Of a stretch of 64,000 nt of DNA, positions 58,377-64,000 are shown piece by piece; positions within the stretch are counted from its first letter, which is position 1, and every line of letters begins with the position of its first letter. The stretch spans positions 2,283 through 66,282 of the forward strand of contig DAOSMC010000001.1 of assembly GCA_035369485.1 (NCBI GenBank), written 5' to 3'. This DNA comes from Minisyncoccota bacterium (GTDB lineage: Bacteria > Patescibacteriota > Minisyncoccia > UBA6257 > JAAZHW01). The notes beneath the pieces were generated by a model. It was not told where the DNA came from. It saw nothing but the letters and a program-made list of their open reading frames with translations, and made no database searches. Position numbers and translations under genes: made by a program.

Positions 58377-59135
58377 ATGATTAAATTAAAAAGCGACGAA
58401 GAAATTCAGAAATTAAAAGAAGGAGGGCGTCTGCTTTCAAAAATTATTTATGAAGTAGCGGCAAAAGCAAAGGCGGGTATTTCAACTAGAGAACTGGATT
58501 GGTTAGCCGAAAATTCTATTTTAAAATGTGGCGGTGAGCCAGCTTTTAAAAACTATCAACCAGATTTTAGCTTAAAGCCTTTTCCTGCTACTCTTTGTGT
58601 ATCAGTTAATAATGTAATAGTTCACGGCATTCCTGGCAATTATTTGTTGCGTAATGGTGATTTGGTAAAGCTTGATCTAGGAATGAAATATAAAGGTTTT
58701 TTTACAGATATGGCCATTACAGTGGGAGTAGGAAAGATTTCGTCTTTGGCTCAAAAATTAATCCGCGTGACTAGAAAGGCTTTAGATTTGGCCATTCAAG
58801 CTGCTCAAGTCGGAGCAACCTTGGGGGATATTGGTTATGCAATTGAACAATATGTTCGCTCCGAAGGATTTTATGAAATTCGGGTGTTGTCTGGTCATGG
58901 GGTGGGTTATGCTCCGCATGAGGATCCTGATATTTTGAATTTTGGTGTTCCTCATAAGGGTATTAAATTAAAGGAGGGTATGGTTATTGCAATTGAACCG
59001 ATGGTAGCAGTTGATTCTTCGGATGTTATTGAATTAGCTGATGGTAGTTTTGTGACTAAAACCGGTTGTTTGGCCGCTCACTTTGAACATACCATTGCGA
59101 TTACTAGTCGAGGACCCATTATTTTAACCAAATAA
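58377..59135 (+). CDS. map: Methionine aminopeptidase type I
   Basis: CVSVN..VHGIP, GHGVG, IEPM, AHFEHT; start reassigned to ATG 58377. Confidence 0.96.
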   Translation: MIKLKSDEEIQKLKEGGRLLSKIIYEVAAKAKAGISTRELDWLAENSILKCGGEPAFKNYQPDFSLKPFPATLCVSVNNVIVHGIPGNYLLRNGDLVKLDLGMKYKGFFTDMAITVGVGKISSLAQKLIRVTRKALDLAIQAAQVGATLGDIGYAIEQYVRSEGFYEIRVLSGHGVGYAPHEDPDILNFGVPHKGIKLKEGMVIAIEPMVAVDSSDVIELADGSFVTKTGCLAAHFEHTIAITSRGPIILTK

Positions 59136-59136
59136 A

Positions 59137-59562
59137 ATGGCGAATGTTTTAGCTATTGATTATGGAACAAAAAGGATTGGATTGGCAATTGCAGATGAAA
59201 AATTGAAAATTCCTTTACCGCTTAAACCTATTATAGAAAAAAACCAGCAGCAGGTTTTGGAAAAAATAGCAAATCTTTGTAAAGAAAAGAATGTTGATCA
59301 AATTGTTATTGGACTGCCACTTTCTTTTGAATTTGAAGAAACATCCATGTGTCAAGAAATTAAAGCGTTTGGGGAGAATCTAAAACAAATTACTGGAATA
59401 AAAATTATCTATGAGAACGAGGTCTTAACAACTGAAGCGGCAAAAAAAATGAGGCAAACTACTTCGCAGTTAAAATCGCGAAAAGACAAATCAAAAAACC
59501 ATTTTGATAGTCAAGCAGCGAGTTTAATTTTGGAAAGTTATTTGAGAAAGGTTAAGTCTTGA
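59137..59562 (+). CDS. yqgF: YqgF/RuvX RNase H-like nuclease
   Basis: LAIDYGTKRIGLA, IGLP, NE.LTT, DSQAASLIL. Confidence 0.92.
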   Translation: MANVLAIDYGTKRIGLAIADEKLKIPLPLKPIIEKNQQQVLEKIANLCKEKNVDQIVIGLPLSFEFEETSMCQEIKAFGENLKQITGIKIIYENEVLTTEAAKKMRQTTSQLKSRKDKSKNHFDSQAASLILESYLRKVKS

Positions 59563-59594
59563 TTTTATATTTATAATATGGTATAATAAAATAT

Positions 59595-60044
59595 ATGAAA
59601 CGAAATTCATTTTACATCATAGTCATCATTATTCTTGTCATCTTATTGGCATTTGTCATTTATGCCTACCTTTCTGATTATCAGAAGGCGAAAGAAAATT
59701 TAGCAGATCGAATAATTTCTGCTCATTTAGAAGGTTTCCCCGCGGGGACGTCGGTGAAAGAAGGAATGCAGGGAGAAGAAAAGACTGTTTTTCGAAAAGG
59801 GGAATGGATGGGTGTCTCGGGAAAAATTAAAACTAATGAAGGAGGAGATTTGTTTTTAAAAATCTATGATTTAGCTGGTAATTTGATTCAGGAAAATGAA
59901 AAGTGGCATAAATCTCTTCAGGCTGGCCAGGGCGATTTTGGAATGTGCTGCATTGTGGTTCCCAATGAAGTCGGTCAATATGAAGCGCGCTTGATTTTAA
60001 ACGAAGAAGTCCTTTACTCTTTAAATTTTTCTGTAACGGAGTAA
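59595..60044 (+). CDS. Membrane-anchored hypothetical protein
   Basis: N-terminal TM helix, beta-rich C-terminus, own TGGTATAAT -10 element. Confidence 0.6.
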   Translation: MKRNSFYIIVIIILVILLAFVIYAYLSDYQKAKENLADRIISAHLEGFPAGTSVKEGMQGEEKTVFRKGEWMGVSGKIKTNEGGDLFLKIYDLAGNLIQENEKWHKSLQAGQGDFGMCCIVVPNEVGQYEARLILNEEVLYSLNFSVTE

Positions 60045-60085
60045 AATATAGTTAGAGGTTTAAAAATTTTTAAAAGGAGAATGAA

Positions 60086-60337
60086 ATGAAAAAATATTTC
60101 ATTTCTTTTGTGGAAGAATTCATTTTTAATCCAAAGTATCAAGATCATATAGCCGGACGAGTAGAAATATATTTGAGAAAAAGTCAGTATGATATCGATG
60201 AGTTGAGATTCTTTACTAAAAAGATTAAGAAATTTAATCGTTTTCGTAACAAATGGGACTTGGAAGAAGTTTCGGAATCTCAATTAGAAAAAATTAGAAA
60301 AATTATTGCAAAAGAATTTAATGAAATTGAAGAGTAA
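60086..60337 (+). CDS. Small hypothetical protein
   Basis: 83-aa ORF preceded by AGGAG, followed by a terminator. Confidence 0.55.
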   Translation: MKKYFISFVEEFIFNPKYQDHIAGRVEIYLRKSQYDIDELRFFTKKIKKFNRFRNKWDLEEVSESQLEKIRKIIAKEFNEIEE

Positions 60338-60344
60338 AAATATC

Positions 60345-60372
60345 AACCGCTTCGGAATGGGGCGGTTTTTTT
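60345..60372 (+). terminator. Intrinsic terminator
   Basis: AACCGCTTC-loop-GGGGCGGTT followed by a T tract. Confidence 0.75.
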
Positions 60373-60496
60373 ATAATATTAAGAATAAATCGAATAAAAA
60401 ACCAAAGAAGCATTTTTAGGAAGCTCTATTTTTTATTGCCGTTTTTAGTCAGCGTTGACTTTTGTGTTTTTAATTTTAAGTTTATAATATATTCAT

Positions 60497-61228
60497 ATGG
60501 CTAAGCCATTTCTTTCTGTTATTATTCCTGCTTACAACGAAGCCAAGCGTTTACCCAAAACGCTTTTAGATATGGATAAATATTTAACTCAGGCAGGTTT
60601 TTCATATGAAATCATTGTAGTTAATGATGGTTCAAAGGATCATACGGCAGAAATTGTTACCAAAATGCGGGAATTTATTAAAAACCTCTATTTGATTGAT
60701 AACAAAGATAATCAAGGAAAAGGAGGGGTGGTTGCTCAAGGAATGTTGGCAGCGAAAGGAACATTACGATTATTTTCTGATGCTGATAATTCCACATCCC
60801 TTGATCAGGTGGAAAAGTTCTTTCCTTATTTTAAACAAGGATATGACGTAGTTATTGGCTCTCGTTATGTTAAGGATTCAGAATTACCGGTAAAACAACC
60901 TTTTTTTCGGCAGTTGCCCGGTAGAATAGGAAATTTTCTCATTCGTCTTTTAGCTGTGCCGGGCATTAAAGATACTCAATGCGGTTTTAAAGCTTTTACT
61001 GAAGAAGCAGCGTCAAAAATTTTCCCTCAATTAACAATAAAACGATGGGGTTTTGATATTGAAATTTTAGTTTTAGCACGACTAATGGGTTTTCGTATTA
61101 AAGAAGTTGGAGTGCGCTGGATTAACGATCCTGATTCTAAAGTAAAAGCGTCGGCCTATATTGAAGTTTTAACAGAATTAATAAAAATTCGACTTAATAT
61201 TTGGCGGAAAAAATATAAAATAAATTAA
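60497..61228 (+). CDS. GT2 polyprenyl-phosphate glycosyltransferase (Dol-P-Glc synthase-like)
   Basis: IIPAYNE, DGSKD, DAD, DTQCGFK, WGFDIE. Confidence 0.9.
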   Translation: MAKPFLSVIIPAYNEAKRLPKTLLDMDKYLTQAGFSYEIIVVNDGSKDHTAEIVTKMREFIKNLYLIDNKDNQGKGGVVAQGMLAAKGTLRLFSDADNSTSLDQVEKFFPYFKQGYDVVIGSRYVKDSELPVKQPFFRQLPGRIGNFLIRLLAVPGIKDTQCGFKAFTEEAASKIFPQLTIKRWGFDIEILVLARLMGFRIKEVGVRWINDPDSKVKASAYIEVLTELIKIRLNIWRKKYKIN

Positions 61229-62278
61229 ATGAAAAATTTGCGGAAGAATTCAAAAAAGAGAAAATTAAATAATCATCTCGTGTATATTTCTGAACTGAGA
61301 CGCGATCCAGTTTCGAATGATTGGGTTACAATTGCTTCGGTTCGCGCCAAACGGCCAGAGCAACTAATTATTAAAAAGCCGCAAAGAATTGTTACGCCTA
61401 AAAGCCAATGCCCTTTTGAAAATCCAGCGGTGAGCGGGCACAAACCGCCAGAATTAATAAAATCTCTTCCTCATAAAAAGGATTGGTTTTTGCAGATTTT
61501 TGAAAATAAATATCCAGCTTTTCAACCTAAAAATATTTCTATTAGCGAAAGAAAATACGGTCCTTATACCATTATCAATGGTTATGGTTATCACGAGCTT
61601 TTGGTTTTAAGAGATCATTTTAAGCCAATAGCCGATTATTCAACATCGGAATTAGCCTTTATTCTTCAAGCTCTTCAAGAACGTTATCGACAAATTGCCC
61701 AAGACAAAAAAATTAAATATATTTCTATTTTTCACAATTGGGGGTCTTCGGCTGGCGCTTCAATTTATCATCCTCATTTTCAAATTATCGCTATTCCTGT
61801 TATACCACCGCGCATTAATCATTCACTAATAGACAGTAAGCATTTTTGGAAAAAACATCGCCAATGCGTTTATTGTTCAATGAACAAATTTGAAATTGCT
61901 CAACAAAAGCGCATTCTTTTTCAAAATAAAAAAGCAATGGCTTTAAGTCCTTTTGTCTCGGTTGAGCCATTTGCTTTACGAATCATTCCTCTTAATCACA
62001 TTCCTTATTTTGAGGATACCCCTTCTTCGGCGCTTAATGAAGTGGCGGAAGTTTTGAGAAAGAGTCTCCAAGTTTTAAAGAAAAAATTAGATGATCCCGA
62101 TTACAATTTTTTTATTCATACCGCACCGACTTTCAAAAAGAATTCTTATCAATACTATCATTGGCACATTGAAATTGTTCCAAAAATTTCTATTTCTGCC
62201 GGTTTTGAATTATCAACTGGTATTGAAATTACAGCTATTGATCCTGACGAAGGCATTAGATATCTAAAAAGTAAATAA
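61229..62278 (+). CDS. galT: Galactose-1-phosphate uridylyltransferase family protein
   Basis: ELRRDP, CPF, NKYPA, GAS.YHPHFQ, HWHIEI, AGFELSTG. Confidence 0.88.
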   Translation: MKNLRKNSKKRKLNNHLVYISELRRDPVSNDWVTIASVRAKRPEQLIIKKPQRIVTPKSQCPFENPAVSGHKPPELIKSLPHKKDWFLQIFENKYPAFQPKNISISERKYGPYTIINGYGYHELLVLRDHFKPIADYSTSELAFILQALQERYRQIAQDKKIKYISIFHNWGSSAGASIYHPHFQIIAIPVIPPRINHSLIDSKHFWKKHRQCVYCSMNKFEIAQQKRILFQNKKAMALSPFVSVEPFALRIIPLNHIPYFEDTPSSALNEVAEVLRKSLQVLKKKLDDPDYNFFIHTAPTFKKNSYQYYHWHIEIVPKISISAGFELSTGIEITAIDPDEGIRYLKSK

Positions 62279-62280
62279 TT

Positions 62281-62925
62281 ATGATTGAGGTCATATTTTC
62301 AGCAATTGCCAACTTTATTTTAAATTTAATATCTCAAATGGGTTATGCGGGCGTTTTTATTTTGATGGCACTCGAAAGTTGTAATATTCCTATTCCTTCT
62401 GAAATTATAATGCCATTTTCGGGGTTTTTGGTTTCTCAAGGTCGATTTAATCTTTATTGGTTGGCATTAATAGGGAGTTTGGGTAACCTGATAGGCTCGT
62501 TGGTTTCTTACGGGATTGCCTTTAAATTAGGTAATAAAGTCAAAGAATTCTTTTTAAAATCGAAATTTTTCGCTACCGATTATTTAAAAGCCGAAAATTT
62601 TTTTAAAAAATATGGCGTTAGATCTGCGTTGATTGCACGTGTTTTGCCAGTTATTCGAACCTTCATTTCATTTCCGGCTGGCATTTTTAAAGTTTCATTG
62701 GGCAAATTTTCCGTTTATACTTTTTTCGGCTCTTTAATTTGGTCTTATGTGTTGGCTTATATTGGATTGTATTTTGGTGAACAGTGGCAAATTATCGAAA
62801 ATTATTTTCACCGATTTGATTACATAATTTTAATTGTAATTGTTGGGTTTGTATGCTATTATATTTATAGAAAGGTAAAACAAATAAACAGTCGTAATAG
62901 CCATAATAATTCAATTGAAAATTGA
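62281..62925 (+). CDS. DedA family membrane protein
   Basis: ALES..IPIPSE, RVLPVIRTFISFPAG. Confidence 0.92.
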   Translation: MIEVIFSAIANFILNLISQMGYAGVFILMALESCNIPIPSEIIMPFSGFLVSQGRFNLYWLALIGSLGNLIGSLVSYGIAFKLGNKVKEFFLKSKFFATDYLKAENFFKKYGVRSALIARVLPVIRTFISFPAGIFKVSLGKFSVYTFFGSLIWSYVLAYIGLYFGEQWQIIENYFHRFDYIILIVIVGFVCYYIYRKVKQINSRNSHNNSIEN

Positions 62926-62926
62926 T

Positions 62927-63898
62927 ATGACTAAAAAATACAAAGTAGTAGTTACTCGTCGAATTCCCGAAGCAGGTCTTCGGTTGTTAAAAAAGGCTGG
63001 TTTTGAAGTAAAAGTGAGTCCCTATGATAGAATTTTAACTCGTCAGGAGTTGAAAAAATTTGTTAGGGGAGCTGATGCGATTCTTTCCCTTTTAACTGAT
63101 AAGATTGACGGCGAAATATTAGATGCTGCTGGTTCCCAATTAAAGATAGTGGCTAATTATGCCGTTGGTTACGATAATTTTAATATTGATGATTTTAAAG
63201 CAAGAAAAGTTTATGCTACTAATACTCCGGGTGTTTTAACTGAAACAGTAGCAGAACATACCATCGGATTGCTTTTTGCAATTGCTCAAAGAATCGTTGA
63301 AGCTGATGAATTTGTTCGTCAAAATAAATTTAGAGGGTGGGAACCAATGCTTTTTTTAGGAACAGACATAAGAAATAAAACTTTAGGGATTGTTGGTTTA
63401 GGAAGGATTGGAGGAGAGGTGGCCAAAAGAATGCGCGATGGCTTCGGATTAAAAATTATTTATTTTGATGCGATGCGAAATAAAAGTTTAGAAAAACAGT
63501 TGGGCATTCAATACACCCCATTCAAGTCATTATTAAAACAATCCGATTTTATTAGCATTCATGTGCCATTGACGCTAAAAACAAAACACATGTTTACTTT
63601 AAAAGAATTTAGAATGATGAAACCAACCGCTTATATAATTAATACATCTCGAGGAGCAGTTATTAAAGAGGAAGATTTGGCAAAAGCTTTGAAGGCAAAA
63701 ATAATTGCTGGAGCAGCATTAGATGTTTATGAATTTGAACCAAAAATTACGCCGGATTTACTAAAACTACCTAATACTGTTCTTTTACCGCATATTGCTT
63801 CGGCAAGTATTGAGACGCGTTCAAAAATGGCAGAAATGGCAGCTAAAAACATCATTTCTGTTTTAAGAGGGAAAAAACCTATTAACCCCATTTTTTAA
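62927..63898 (+). CDS. D-2-hydroxyacid dehydrogenase (glyoxylate reductase/D-glycerate dehydrogenase)
   Basis: AVGYDN, NTPGVLT, GLGRIG, INTSRG, LDVYE.EP, PHIAS. Confidence 0.92.
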   Translation: MTKKYKVVVTRRIPEAGLRLLKKAGFEVKVSPYDRILTRQELKKFVRGADAILSLLTDKIDGEILDAAGSQLKIVANYAVGYDNFNIDDFKARKVYATNTPGVLTETVAEHTIGLLFAIAQRIVEADEFVRQNKFRGWEPMLFLGTDIRNKTLGIVGLGRIGGEVAKRMRDGFGLKIIYFDAMRNKSLEKQLGIQYTPFKSLLKQSDFISIHVPLTLKTKHMFTLKEFRMMKPTAYIINTSRGAVIKEEDLAKALKAKIIAGAALDVYEFEPKITPDLLKLPNTVLLPHIASASIETRSKMAEMAAKNIISVLRGKKPINPIF

Positions 63899-63899
63899 G

Positions 63900-63908
63900 T
63901 TATCCACA
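63900..63908 (+). promoter_or_regulatory. Consensus DnaA box
   Basis: TTATCCACA just after the dehydrogenase stop codon. Confidence 0.4.
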
Positions 63909-64000
63909 AAAGCTTATAATTTAAAGATTTTTTGGTTATAATATAAATAAGAAGATTTTTTAAAGGTCGATTAATTAATATCTAATTCAAATATGGTCGT

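Noticed and set aside
63900-64000. oriC at the right edge
   Set aside because: Only one DnaA box is visible; other single boxes are scattered (4873 variant, 26543, 27401 within pilM); no dnaA gene in the window
1-64000. Transposase, integrase, prophage, rRNA, defence system or alternative genetic code
   Set aside because: No ORF with such motifs was seen; conserved genes are full length under the standard bacterial code and several end in TGA

Overview
Low-GC bacterial chromosome segment. Gene content points to a Patescibacteria/CPR (Parcubacteria-like) genome: no rpmD/L30 in the spc operon, PEGA and lamin-tail proteins, two PilB/GspE ATPases, a half-size MFS protein, and largely SD-less starts. 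This assignment is inference. Coding content is almost all housekeeping: ruvB, polA, tsaE, murA, two mreB paralogs, mreCD-pbp2, frr, rseP, proS, greA, lysS, serS, comF plus a type IV pilus operon, folD, a CofE-like ligase coupled to murJ, lepA, prfB, ftsEX, fba, tuf, the S10-spc ribosomal block with secY-adk-map, and a GT2-galT-dedA module. There are three tRNAs (Gly-CCC, Thr-CGT, Gln-CTG). The most unusual signal is non-coding. (1) Seven intergenic GC-stem/AT-core palindromes (GGCGGCGGAAAATTTC-ttt-GAAATTTTCCGCCGCC) show compensatory arm changes and are confined to 2-26 kb. (2) A second palindrome family (TGTTATGCTATAGCATAACA) occurs three times in the first 400 bp. (3) A nested REP-like repeat cluster lies at ~13.9 kb. 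(4) A promoter-bearing structured minus-strand RNA at ~4.5-4.74 kb looks like 6S RNA. (5) A recurrent RGTCG motif precedes the start codons of typically highly expressed genes. No CRISPR array, rRNA, transposase or prophage was seen.
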